Part shown: piece after piece, positions 8,436-17,609 of the stretch | Numbering within the stretch: the stretch's first letter is position 1 | Layout of the letters: each line of letters begins with the position of its first letter | Assembly: GCA_035637575.1 (NCBI GenBank) | Contig: DASPWY010000166.1 | Location: forward strand, 1-60,157 | Source of the DNA: Candidatus Bathyarchaeia archaeon | GTDB taxonomy: Archaea; Thermoproteota; Bathyarchaeia; 40CM-2-53-6 | Direction: 5' to 3' | Length of the DNA stretch: 60,157 nucleotides | The notes under the pieces: generated by a model | Told to the model about the DNA's origin: nothing | What the model saw: only the letters and a program-made list of their open reading frames with translations | Databases searched by the model: none | Translations under genes and position numbers: made by a program

Positions 8436-9617
8436 TTGGGTTGCTCTGTGAGTGAGACCCAGAAATTGATCATGCTGCCGGGTCCCACCAACGTGCCTCC
8501 TAGAGTCATGAGGGCCATGATCAAGCCTCTCATGGGCCACAGGGGTCCCGATTTCAAGGAAGTATTATCACATGTAATCAGCAAGACCAAGAAAGTGTTT
8601 CAGACCAAGGAAGACCTGTTCGTTCTTACAACCTCAGGAACAGGCGCGACCGAATGTGCTCTCCAGAACATAATAGAGGACGGAGACAAGATAATCGTCA
8701 ACGTCAACGGCTTCTTCAGTGAGAGACTAGCGGAGGCGATCAAAGCCTATGGAGCTCAACCGCTGGTGGTGAGCTCAGAATGGGGAAAGGCCCCCCGGAC
8801 AGAGGACTTTAGGAAGATTATCAAGGCGAATCCCGATGCGAAGGCTCTTGCGGTGGTTTACAACGAGACTTCCACCGGCGTAACCGTGAGGAGCCTCCAA
8901 GAGATCGGGAAACTCTGTGAGGAGGAGGACATCCTACTAATCGTCGACGCCATATCGATTCTCGGAGGCGACAAATTGCCTGTCGATGACTGGAATGTGG
9001 ACATGTGTGTGACCGCCAGCCAGAAATGCATGATGTGCCCGCCTGGGCTATCGTTCGTTAGTGTGAGCCAGAAGGCGTGGGAGAAGATCAGCGCGAAGAA
9101 GCAACACCGATCCTTCTACCTCGATCTTCCAATGTACAAGAAATACATGGGAGATGGCTTCACACCCTTCACACCCGCAGTGTCCTTATTCTATGCCCTC
9201 AACGAGGCATGCGACATGATCCTTGAAGAAGGACTACCAGCCAGGTTCGAAAGGCATCGAATCTGCGCCGAAGCAGTCTATAGCGCCATGGAGGCTCTTG
9301 GCTTAGGCCTAATGGCAGAGCCTGAATCCCGATCACACACCGTCGCCGCAGTGACTTGTCCAAGCGGCATCGAGGATGGCAAACTGAGGGAACTCATCAG
9401 AACTAAGTATGGGATAGACTTGGGGGGTAGCCTAGAAAGGTGGAAAGGAAAGATGTTCAGAATCGGAATCATGGGCAACGTTGGATCACCTGAAATCATG
9501 TCAACAGTAAGCGCTATCGCATCAGCAACCGCAGACCTAGGCTTCAAAGGCAAGATGTCGGAAGCCCTCGAAGCCGCACGTAAGGCACTAGCTCGATTGC
9601 CCGCGAGGATGAACTAG
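8436..9617 (+). CDS. Class V pyridoxal-phosphate aminotransferase (serine-pyruvate / alanine-glyoxylate type)
   Basis: LMLPGPTNVPPRVMRAM at the N-terminus and the PLP-lysine context TASQKC match class V aminotransferases. The start is ambiguous: TTG 8436, GTG 8448 or ATG 8472. Confidence 0.85.
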   Translation: MGCSVSETQKLIMLPGPTNVPPRVMRAMIKPLMGHRGPDFKEVLSHVISKTKKVFQTKEDLFVLTTSGTGATECALQNIIEDGDKIIVNVNGFFSERLAEAIKAYGAQPLVVSSEWGKAPRTEDFRKIIKANPDAKALAVVYNETSTGVTVRSLQEIGKLCEEEDILLIVDAISILGGDKLPVDDWNVDMCVTASQKCMMCPPGLSFVSVSQKAWEKISAKKQHRSFYLDLPMYKKYMGDGFTPFTPAVSLFYALNEACDMILEEGLPARFERHRICAEAVYSAMEALGLGLMAEPESRSHTVAAVTCPSGIEDGKLRELIRTKYGIDLGGSLERWKGKMFRIGIMGNVGSPEIMSTVSAIASATADLGFKGKMSEALEAARKALARLPARMN

Positions 9618-9621
9618 GACA

Positions 9622-10512
9622 ATGGCGGTAAAAGCCGGCGACTTTCTGCTCGTCAATTTCACTCTCAAGGTAAAGGAGAGTGGAGAAACAGTAGACACAA
9701 CATATGACGCGGTTGCGAAAGATACCCATCTCCATCGAGAAGACTCAACCTATGGTCCTCGTTTCATAATCCTCGGAGAAGGCTGGCTTCCAAAGGGACT
9801 AGAAGACTCTCTAGTAGGAGCCGACATTGGAAAACAGACCACAGTCGAACTGCCTCCTGACAAAGGATTCGGAACACGCGACCCGGCTAAAATGCGGCTT
9901 GTTCCGTTGAGACGCTTTCGCGACAAAGGCATTGACCCAACTCCAGGCGCACAGATCGAATTCGACGGCAGACATGCGACGGTAAGAGCAGTGGGAGCTG
10001 GCCGCGTCCAAGTAGACTACAACCACCCCCTCGCAGGACGAACCCTGATCTACGATGTCTCGATCGAAAAAATAGTCGAGGACGATAACGAAAAGATTCT
10101 GAACATCATATCAAAACGAATCCCCGAAGTTGACAAGGCAAAATTCGGCGTCGAAAGAACCCGCAAGGAACTGACGGTCGATGTCCCCGAGGAGGCGTTC
10201 TACCTTAGCGGCTTACAAGTAGCCAAGAAATCGGTAACCTCTGATCTGCAGAAATTTTTCCCAGACATCGACACCATCTCATTCCGGGAGGTATTCAAGA
10301 GAAGAGCACCCGAAGCCGAGATGGAAGAGGCGCCAAAAGCCTCCGCTGTTGAAACAGGCAAGTCGGCCGAACAAGTCGAGACGAAGCAGGAGACCGAAAA
10401 GCCCCAAGAAGCTCCCGCTCAGCCTGCACGGAAGAGAAGAGCTCCAGCCAAGAAACCCGCGTCAAAGCGTCCAACAAAGCGGGCAATGATGGGATCAGAA
10501 AGCCAAAGGTAG
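9622..10512 (+). CDS. FKBP-type peptidyl-prolyl isomerase (long archaeal/SlyD-like) with a charged C-terminal tail
   Basis: It has an FKBP core with an insert-in-flap region and the motif VDYNHPLAGRTLIYDVSIEKI. The last ~70 aa are a K/E/P/A-rich low-complexity tail. Confidence 0.85.
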   Translation: MAVKAGDFLLVNFTLKVKESGETVDTTYDAVAKDTHLHREDSTYGPRFIILGEGWLPKGLEDSLVGADIGKQTTVELPPDKGFGTRDPAKMRLVPLRRFRDKGIDPTPGAQIEFDGRHATVRAVGAGRVQVDYNHPLAGRTLIYDVSIEKIVEDDNEKILNIISKRIPEVDKAKFGVERTRKELTVDVPEEAFYLSGLQVAKKSVTSDLQKFFPDIDTISFREVFKRRAPEAEMEEAPKASAVETGKSAEQVETKQETEKPQEAPAQPARKRRAPAKKPASKRPTKRAMMGSESQR

Positions 10513-10534
10513 AAATCTACGGATTCCCCAAATG

Positions 10535-10588
10535 TTTTTAAGCGGTGAAGAACGGGCGGCATTCCACTCTTTCCGTTTTCTCGGAAAG
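10535..10588 (+). terminator. Possible terminator after the FKBP gene (T5 plus hairpin)
   Basis: A TTTTT run lies at 10535-10539. A perfect 7-bp hairpin CTTTCCG-TTTTCT-CGGAAAG lies at 10569-10588. The hairpin could instead sit in the psmB 5' UTR. Confidence 0.3.
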
Positions 10589-10604
10589 TGGTCTTTAATA
10601 TCAC

Positions 10605-11264
10605 ATGATTAGGAGACACGTCAAGTTGGAATTTCAGAGAGCTGGAAAACTACCCGTCCTTAAGGGAACCACGACGATCGGCGTCGTCTGCCATGACGGA
10701 GTCGTGCTGACGACAGACACTAGGGCAACGATGGGCTCTTTCGTGGCGCACAAGCACGCTAAGAAAGTGTACCGGATCGACCAACACATAGCAATGACAA
10801 TAGCTGGAGTAGTGGGAGACGCACAAGCCATCGTCGAGATGCTTCGGGCGAACTCTGCCCTTTACAAGCTCGACCTAGCGAGACCAATCCCGATCAACTC
10901 TGCCGCGAGACTCGTATCGAACGTACTCTTTCAATCCAGATACTATCCGATGGGGGTTCAGGCGCTCATCGGAGGAATGGACGATTCAGGCGGTCACATT
11001 TTCATGTTGGACCCGCTTGGAAGCATGATGGAGGAAAAATTCGTCTCCACAGGCTCCGGATCTCCCGTCGCATACGGAGTGCTAGAATCGGAATGGAAGG
11101 ATACGATGAATGTTAAGGAGTCTGTCCCTGTAGTAGTGCGAGCAATAGACTCTGCCATGAAACGCGATTCGGCTAGCGGCGACAGCTTCGACGTTGCCGT
11201 GATATCCAAGGACGGATATAGAGAACTCTCAGAGGATGAGAAGAAGCACATCCTCCACGCCTAA
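10605..11264 (+). CDS. psmB: Proteasome subunit beta
   Basis: The propeptide junction LKG|TTTIGVVCHDGVVLTTDTRAT carries the catalytic N-terminal Thr. A TTTAATAT element 4 nt upstream of the ATG raises the alternative of a leaderless TTG start at 10626. Confidence 0.9.
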   Translation: MIRRHVKLEFQRAGKLPVLKGTTTIGVVCHDGVVLTTDTRATMGSFVAHKHAKKVYRIDQHIAMTIAGVVGDAQAIVEMLRANSALYKLDLARPIPINSAARLVSNVLFQSRYYPMGVQALIGGMDDSGGHIFMLDPLGSMMEEKFVSTGSGSPVAYGVLESEWKDTMNVKESVPVVVRAIDSAMKRDSASGDSFDVAVISKDGYRELSEDEKKHILHA

Positions 11265-11319
11265 CCTAGCTCTCAACAAGGCCTTCAACGTATCATACAC
11301 AAAGGAGTAGCATAGACGA

Positions 11320-13239
11320 ATGACTAGAACATACAACGACGTGTCTGCGAGGATTCGCGAGACAATAGTAGAACACATGCCGAAGGATGCTGAAATTACT
11401 AGGATCGAGTTTGAGGGACCGCGCCTTGCAATATACGTGAAGAACGTCAACCTTCTCTCAGAACAGAGCTACGTCATCACAGAGATTGTGAACCTGCTCC
11501 ACAAACGGATTGTCATACGCTCAGACCAGTCCATTCGACTCCCCGAGAGAGAAGCAGAAGTCTACATACGAAAACTCGTACCTGCAGAGGCTGAAGTCAC
11601 AGCAATCAATTTTGACCCGAGCCTCGGCGAAGTGGTCGTAGAAGCCAAGAAGCCTGGGGTCGCGATCGGCAAAGAGGCTTCTGTTCTTCAGCAAGTTGTT
11701 AAGGAGACCCGATGGCGCCCTAGGATTCTGCGAGCACCTCCGTTACACTCCAAGATTATTGCTAGCACACGTCACATACTCCACACAGAGAGCGAAGAAC
11801 GGAGTCGAATCCTACGAGATGTGGGAGAGAGAATCTTCCGCCCAACCTTTACCAAGGCTGGCTATGTCCGTCTGGTGACTCTCGGATCATTCCACGAAGT
11901 TGGGCGATCCGCGATGCTCATCCAGGCAGGAGCTAGTACAGTCCTGATGGATTGCGGAATAAATCCTGGCGCACAAGACCCGTCTTCGGCCTATCCTCGA
12001 TTCGACACTGACGAGTTTGACCTTGAGAAACTCGACGCTGTCGTAATATCTCACGCGCACCTAGATCACTGTGGAATACTACCCTTCCTCTACAAGTATG
12101 GCTACGACGGTCCAATCTACTGTTCAGAACCAACGCAAGTACTCATGACACTACACCAGCTCGACTACCTCGACGTTCACAGCAGAGAAGGAGAACACTC
12201 TCCCTTCGACCAGAAGGACGTCAGAGAAGTCGTAACGCATACCATCCCATTGAGGTACAATGTTGTAACCGATGTAGCTCCAGACATCAAGCTGACACTG
12301 CACAACGCAGGACACATCCTTGGCAGCTCTATCGTACATCTTCACATTGGCGAGGGCCTCCATAACATCGTCTACAGCGCCGACTTCAAGTTTGGAAGAA
12401 CAATGATGCTCGACCCCGCGATGGCGCAATTCCCCCGCGCGGAGACCCTGATCATCGAAAGCACGTATGGAGGTCCAGATGACATAATGCCGGACCGTGA
12501 AGGCGTTGAAGGCAGACTCGTCAGCATAGTCAACGAAACCGTCGAGAAGAACGGGAAGGTCCTCATTCCCGTCCCAGCAGTTGGGCGAGCCCAAGAAATA
12601 ATGCTGGTCCTCGACGCGTATATGAGAAACGGTGCGCTGCGCGAATTACCCGTCTATATTGAAGGGATGGTAAACGAGGCGACGGCGATACACACAGCAT
12701 TTCCCGAATATCTTGTAAGAGACATCAAAGAACAAATTCTCCACCAAGATCTGAACCCCTTCCAGTCTGAGTACTTCCATCCAGTCACGCACCCGGGTGA
12801 TAGAGACGAAATAGTCGCCGGTGGACCCTGTGTCATAATAGCTACATCTGGAATGCTCGAGGGCGGACCCGCTATCGACTATTTCAGGAGACTAGCCCCT
12901 GATCCGAGAAACACGCTAGCTTACGTTAGCTACCAAGTCGAGGGAACTCTCGGCAACAGAATCAAGAACGGATTGAAAGAAGTATCACTCTTCGGTCCCG
13001 ACGGTAAGATAGAGATGGTGAAGTGTGATATGCGGGTAGAATCGATCGAAGGATTCTCAGGCCATTCAGACCGCAACCAGCTTCTAGGTTTCATAAAACG
13101 AATGATGCCCAAACCTACGAGAATTATTGTAAACCATGGAGAGAGAAGAAAATCTGACCTGTTTGCTCAGAACGTCAACCGCATCTTCGGAATAAAAACA
13201 GTCGTGCCTGATGTTCTAGAATCGCTTAGACTTCGCTAG
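11320..13239 (+). CDS. aCPSF1 / FttA beta-CASP ribonuclease (KH domains plus metallo-beta-lactamase)
   Basis: 639 aa with N-terminal KH-like domains, the MBL motif ISHAHLDHCG, and C-terminal beta-CASP motifs (GFSGHSD, VNHGE). Confidence 0.92.
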   Translation: MTRTYNDVSARIRETIVEHMPKDAEITRIEFEGPRLAIYVKNVNLLSEQSYVITEIVNLLHKRIVIRSDQSIRLPEREAEVYIRKLVPAEAEVTAINFDPSLGEVVVEAKKPGVAIGKEASVLQQVVKETRWRPRILRAPPLHSKIIASTRHILHTESEERSRILRDVGERIFRPTFTKAGYVRLVTLGSFHEVGRSAMLIQAGASTVLMDCGINPGAQDPSSAYPRFDTDEFDLEKLDAVVISHAHLDHCGILPFLYKYGYDGPIYCSEPTQVLMTLHQLDYLDVHSREGEHSPFDQKDVREVVTHTIPLRYNVVTDVAPDIKLTLHNAGHILGSSIVHLHIGEGLHNIVYSADFKFGRTMMLDPAMAQFPRAETLIIESTYGGPDDIMPDREGVEGRLVSIVNETVEKNGKVLIPVPAVGRAQEIMLVLDAYMRNGALRELPVYIEGMVNEATAIHTAFPEYLVRDIKEQILHQDLNPFQSEYFHPVTHPGDRDEIVAGGPCVIIATSGMLEGGPAIDYFRRLAPDPRNTLAYVSYQVEGTLGNRIKNGLKEVSLFGPDGKIEMVKCDMRVESIEGFSGHSDRNQLLGFIKRMMPKPTRIIVNHGERRKSDLFAQNVNRIFGIKTVVPDVLESLRLR

Positions 13240-13562
13240 TTGCTTCCTGGCAGAGTCTCTTTCTGCAATGAGACCGCAGGGATAGCAATTTCAGAACTCG
13301 CGGTTTCCCTGCGCCAGATCTTGACTCCAGGCGGAGTGATTACAATACGCTCCTCTCCAAGCCGGGCGATGTCGCCACCGATCGACTTTACGTGATCTGT
13401 TAATTCCGTTATGGCGAGCTTCGTCTCATCAACGCTCTTCCGAGCCAAGGGCGTAATCCGGACAATTAGGATATTTCCTGTCCGAATCTCCGTCTTGATG
13501 ACTTCAACATCATCCAGTTCCTGCAATGGAAGCGCTTTCACGTAGAGAGGAGAGTGCGCCAT
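13236..13562 (-). CDS. sepF: Cell division protein SepF (archaeal)
   Basis: 108 aa with a family-like core: GNILIVRITPLARKSVDETKLAITELTDHVKSIGGDIARLGEERIVITPPGVKI. Confidence 0.75.
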   Translation of the reverse strand: MAHSPLYVKALPLQELDDVEVIKTEIRTGNILIVRITPLARKSVDETKLAITELTDHVKSIGGDIARLGEERIVITPPGVKIWRRETASSEIAIPAVSLQKETLPGSN

Positions 13563-13655
13563 TTGGAAACATCAAATCAAGATACGATGATACGTATCTG
13601 AAATCGGCTTCCAGAACGACTTTAAACTTTGCCTGACCAAATTCGAGACAAATCA

Positions 13656-14156
13656 TCAACTTCCAGAATGCGAGGACGCCGGGGACTTTATCGTCTCCCA
13701 CACGGCATCCCCAACGTAGTGGACATTCACAATTACCTTTCCTTTCTTAGTAGCAGCCAACGCTTCGGAGCCTAGCAGCGACCTCCCAACTGACAAAAAC
13801 TTACCGTGCTTCTCGTCGACGATGACGACTAGCTCCTTCTCACCAAAAGTTCCCTCGACTTTTCTGATACCTGGTGCCATGATATCCGCTCCGCCTACCA
13901 CATGAGGAACCGCCCCCATGTCTACGGTAATTCGTGGCATCTTTTCCAAAGCAGCCGTATTTGTCAATACTGGAACGAACTGCTCCTCTTTCTTGAAGGC
14001 GACTGGGAGCCCGTCGACAAAAATGATTTCCGAACTTTTCGCCGTCTCCGTTTCGATACGAGATTTGCGGGACAGATGTTCGAAACCAGGAATCTTGTTC
14101 AAATCTTCAATTAGAGGCTTGGAATCGCGATCTTTCAGGATTGTTCTGTTTGGCAA
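13656..14156 (-). CDS. PUA-domain RNA-binding protein (pre-PUA plus PUA)
   Basis: It has a C-terminal PUA signature: ITVDMGAVPHVVGGADIMAPGI ... VVIVDEKHGKFLSVGRSL. The ORF track extends the start to 14252, which would overlap the divergent Sm gene. A TTG at 14156 lies 30 nt from a CTTTAAAAG TATA-like box and gives a typical ~167-aa protein. Confidence 0.75.
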   Translation of the reverse strand: MPNRTILKDRDSKPLIEDLNKIPGFEHLSRKSRIETETAKSSEIIFVDGLPVAFKKEEQFVPVLTNTAALEKMPRITVDMGAVPHVVGGADIMAPGIRKVEGTFGEKELVVIVDEKHGKFLSVGRSLLGSEALAATKKGKVIVNVHYVGDAVWETIKSPASSHSGS

Positions 14157-14182
14157 ATCGATCTCGTTCTTGTAACGACAAT

Positions 14183-14191
14183 CTTTAAAAG
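14183..14191. promoter_or_regulatory. TATA-like box (CTTTAAAAG) between the PUA gene and the Sm gene
   Basis: This AT-rich, near-palindromic element is centred ~30 nt upstream of the TTG at 14156 (minus strand). It is ~47 nt upstream of the Sm ATG at 14234 (plus strand). Confidence 0.35.
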
Positions 14192-14233
14192 TGTACAAGC
14201 GCCGGAACACACCCTTCCCCAGTTGAATATCGA

Positions 14234-14464
14234 ATGTCTGATGTTGCTGCAAAGATTTTCGAAGAGAGCCTGAACAAGGTAGTGCTTGTTCAGCTCAAAG
14301 GCGGCCGCAGTGTTAGGGGAAGATTATACAGCTTTGACCAACATATGAATCTCGTACTGGAAGAAGCTGAAGACGTTACGAACTCAGACGCTACGAAGAA
14401 GCTGGGCACTATCATCGTCCGCGGAGACAACGTGGTCTTAGTGTCGCCTCCTCCCAAACGATGA
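14234..14464 (+). CDS. Sm-like archaeal protein (LSm/SmAP)
   Basis: 76 aa with Sm1 (VLVQLKGGRSVRGRLYSFDQHMNLVLEEAE) and Sm2 (IIVRGDNVVLVSP) motifs. Confidence 0.92.
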   Translation: MSDVAAKIFEESLNKVVLVQLKGGRSVRGRLYSFDQHMNLVLEEAEDVTNSDATKKLGTIIVRGDNVVLVSPPPKR

Positions 14465-14624
14465 CTGAGCGCTACGGATTTTCGACAAACTAGAATGGAA
14501 TGTAGTCAATTGCGTACTAGAAGAATAATAAACGTCTGCTCTTCTTACAAAGGTTAATTAGAATCGGCCCGGACGAGCCGTCAAATTAGCCACGTGAAGC
14601 TTGTTGATCCGCTGTTCGGCAATC

Positions 14625-17291
14625 ATGATACTTATTCTAAGTGCTGCAATCGTGGCGATCCCAAGCATCCCTTCTAGCCACGCTCTGCCGGCAGGACCAT
14701 CAACAAATGATCAGTCAGCGTCCACGAGGGACCCTAATGGGGCACTCACAGCCTTCAACTACACATACTCACAGGCCAATCTCTACACGAACTCGTCATC
14801 GCCCCCTCCAAAGGTGGTGGGCCCTACGAGCACTACCGGGGTCGACTTTCTTTGGCAAAGCACCGTAAACCGTACAAAGGACAACAGCAGAATTCAGGGT
14901 ACCGGATTCCAGTTCAACCTCACAAATGCTAACCTGCCCACTGACAAGCAGACAGTCAGCTGGAACCTGACCATACCCCAATTCAACTGCAACTCCTGCT
15001 CAGGCGTCAGCGTGAACTTCAATTTCTTCGGAAAGATCACATCAGGGACTAATGCGAGCTATGTTCTCTCGAATGGAACGAACATGATAAGCACTCAGGC
15101 ATTCAAGACCCCCGGAACTTTCCCTGCCAGCAGTACAGTCGGTTGTCCCGAGAATTTCTGTCTGAGCGTTACGAGCTTCATTGGATGGAATATCACCCTC
15201 TCATTCAGGTTCGGCTGGAATGGAACAAATAGTGCCGGGATGTCTGCAAATGTTGGAGAGATAGTTGTCGCTTCTATTGGCAACTTCCTTCCATCAGCAA
15301 GTCATTCCATGATACAGGACTCGACAAATTCGACCAACATAATTCACACAACCACACTCTCAACAATCAGCTACAACAATACACTGAAGACTACCCTCCA
15401 CCCGGGAGCAACGAACCGAACACTCCTCTGGTGGCACATCGAGATCATAAGCATCTACTATCCCGTTGGCTACAATATCACGCAAGTAAGCTTCAACTCC
15501 ACGAAAATCTTCCGAGCCTCTCCGCTAGTCCCATTCGAAACGGAACATTGCAACAATGGCTCACCGACTTGCTCCCAGTCGATAATAGCCTTCAATGTAA
15601 CAGACGTCTCCGGGACAGCCCTCAACTCAAATGTGACCATCATTTCGAGTACCAAAAATTCCATTCGCCAAGTAACACCCGTCTTGTCGGGAGTCCCCAC
15701 GTCACTTTTTACGCCAGGCGACCAAGTTGGCGTAAAGACGGTTAACAAACCAGCGGTAATCAACGCTTCGATTTCCCAACAATCTGGCAATTACAGCGTC
15801 ATCTTCGTCAATCCTGCCGGAGCACGTCAGCCGTTGACGGGCGTAGCGAATCCAGCCACAACTGTGATAGGAGGAGTCTTCAACTTCACGCTGCCTTCGG
15901 GCAATTGCGGATCGACGAGTAATCTCTGTGGAGCTTGGATTGTCTTTGTAGTCTTCACCAGCGGTTTCGACCTCGGCAACATGTCTAGCACCTTCAAGAT
16001 AGACCAAATCCAAGTCAGCTCCTTCACTAGTAGTGGAAGCAACACCGGCCTAACCGTCAGTGGTGCACTCGCGTACGCGAACAACTCTGCGGCGGCTGCC
16101 ACCGGGGTGGTCTTTGCAGTGGATCAAAACACACCAACGAATGTCCCAATGACGACACAAGGTAGCCCATCAAGCAATCTCTACGTTGCGAATGTCTCAC
16201 TTCTTAACGGCGTCTTCACTCAGGGTCAATCGTTGATGATGATTTTCACGCTTATCAATCCCGCTAGTGCGACTCAGACAGTTAATGCAAACGTAACAAT
16301 GGAACACGAATGGCCTGGGTCACAGAGCCACGGGGTCAATGTCACATTTTCAGTCGGACTGAGGGACGGCCTAGGCGACTTGCCGTTCAATGTTACTTTC
16401 TCCCAAAGCTATGAAGCCGTTTTCACGCTAACCGCGAACGGAACAATGGTTCGATTCACCAGCCTCCAGTACGGCAACTCAAAGACATCATGGATGAGTC
16501 GTGGCACCGGTCCAGTTGTGGCGACTCGAGCCCAGGCCGGCCTTTTCAAAGTCACCGTCGTAAGCACAGCGGGCGCAAGTGCACCGGTCGAATCTCCACC
16601 CTACGCATACGTGTACGGAATGAACTTGCCTACTCCCAGCAAATACCTCGCATACTCGTCAACGTTCACCACAGACGCGATCTCCGGCAGCTTCTCTCTG
16701 TCGATGACATCGGACTCCATCCTCGGCGCGGCGAAATTGACATTGTTTGCTTTGGCAAGGGACTCTTCAGGCATCGTCCTTGCGAATAACCAGAACTCGG
16801 AGTTCTCAGACTCCACTGTCTTACAATCAAACATGGACACGATAGGTCAAGTCGCTGAGGGTCAGTCGGTCACAACCACTCTCCACCTAAGAAGCAACGC
16901 TACGAAAATAACCGAAATTATTACCGTTGACCTAAACCTTCAGGGCTCGGGAAAAGTTGCCGAGCAAACCGGACTCAGAATTGCACCCGGAGCCAGCCAA
17001 GACGTGACACTATCTTTCAAGGCACCCTCATCGCCCGGACAATATGCCATCAGCTTCTCGTCACCGCAGTATGGTGGCCCCCTAGCCAGCCAAACACTTC
17101 AAGTGACGATTCTCCAGAATAACCTGCAAATCCTGGTTCCCGCAGCCATCGGTGTCGTGGCCGCAATAATCATTCTAGGCTTATACCTAGTCAAGAGACA
17201 CCCCGAAACAGCAGAAATAGAAGAAAAGACAAAGCCCGCCGGTTCTAAACCTAAAGCTCCCGGTTCAGGGAACCGCCCTCCAAATCCTTAA
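14625..17291 (+). CDS. Large exported, heavily sequon-rich surface protein (S-layer glycoprotein candidate) with a C-terminal TM anchor
   Basis: It has a signal-like N-terminus (MILILSAAIVAIPSIPSSHA) from the ATG at 14625. The ~850-aa S/T/N-rich ectodomain holds about 28 N-x-S/T sequons by manual count. A C-terminal TM (VPAAIGVVAAIIILGLYLV) and a short basic/Pro tail follow. Confidence 0.8.
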   Translation: MILILSAAIVAIPSIPSSHALPAGPSTNDQSASTRDPNGALTAFNYTYSQANLYTNSSSPPPKVVGPTSTTGVDFLWQSTVNRTKDNSRIQGTGFQFNLTNANLPTDKQTVSWNLTIPQFNCNSCSGVSVNFNFFGKITSGTNASYVLSNGTNMISTQAFKTPGTFPASSTVGCPENFCLSVTSFIGWNITLSFRFGWNGTNSAGMSANVGEIVVASIGNFLPSASHSMIQDSTNSTNIIHTTTLSTISYNNTLKTTLHPGATNRTLLWWHIEIISIYYPVGYNITQVSFNSTKIFRASPLVPFETEHCNNGSPTCSQSIIAFNVTDVSGTALNSNVTIISSTKNSIRQVTPVLSGVPTSLFTPGDQVGVKTVNKPAVINASISQQSGNYSVIFVNPAGARQPLTGVANPATTVIGGVFNFTLPSGNCGSTSNLCGAWIVFVVFTSGFDLGNMSSTFKIDQIQVSSFTSSGSNTGLTVSGALAYANNSAAAATGVVFAVDQNTPTNVPMTTQGSPSSNLYVANVSLLNGVFTQGQSLMMIFTLINPASATQTVNANVTMEHEWPGSQSHGVNVTFSVGLRDGLGDLPFNVTFSQSYEAVFTLTANGTMVRFTSLQYGNSKTSWMSRGTGPVVATRAQAGLFKVTVVSTAGASAPVESPPYAYVYGMNLPTPSKYLAYSSTFTTDAISGSFSLSMTSDSILGAAKLTLFALARDSSGIVLANNQNSEFSDSTVLQSNMDTIGQVAEGQSVTTTLHLRSNATKITEIITVDLNLQGSGKVAEQTGLRIAPGASQDVTLSFKAPSSPGQYAISFSSPQYGGPLASQTLQVTILQNNLQILVPAAIGVVAAIIILGLYLVKRHPETAEIEEKTKPAGSKPKAPGSGNRPPNP

Positions 17292-17325
17292 CTTGAACCC
17301 ACCAGCGTTATCAGGTGAAGTCTAG

Positions 17326-17547
17326 ATGGAAGCGAGTCCCGAAGAAGCTGCGCCGGAAGCGCCGTCGCAAGAACCCCCGGCGCGAGAGCGAAATCCGGGC
17401 GGGTTATTCTACGAATGCATTAATTGTGGATCTAGACTTACCGCCGATCAGTTGGCGATGACTCCCGAGATAAAGTGCCCCTTCTGCGGCTACAGGATTC
17501 TGAGGAAGGTTCGGCCGCCCATCGTCAAGCACGTGAAGGCCCGATAG
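17326..17547 (+). CDS. rpoP: DNA-directed RNA polymerase subunit P (Rpo12)
   Basis: It has the zinc ribbon YECINCGSRL ... KCPFCGYRILRKVRPP. It also carries an unusual ~27-aa acidic/Pro-rich N-terminal extension. Confidence 0.85.
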   Translation: MEASPEEAAPEAPSQEPPARERNPGGLFYECINCGSRLTADQLAMTPEIKCPFCGYRILRKVRPPIVKHVKAR

Positions 17548-17609
17548 ACAGAGATCCTGTTCATTCAGCTTCCTCCTATTGTTGCTCCCGTAAAGCATTA
17601 TACCGATTC

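Noticed and set aside
13563-13655. Possible C/D box sRNA between sepF and the PUA gene. The minus strand contains TTGATGAT (C-box-like) and the plus strand contains GATGATA and CTGA.
   Set aside because: There is no properly spaced D'/C'/D box set (CUGA ~12 nt after the C box, plus a terminal D box with flanking complementary ends) on either strand.
17475-17609. ORF-track N-terminal extension of glyS that overlaps rpoP by 73 nt.
   Set aside because: The extension (MPLLRLQDSEEGSAAHRQ...) has no similarity to GlyRS N-termini and is simply the alternative frame of rpoP. The conserved GlyRS sequence begins well after the TTG at 17610.
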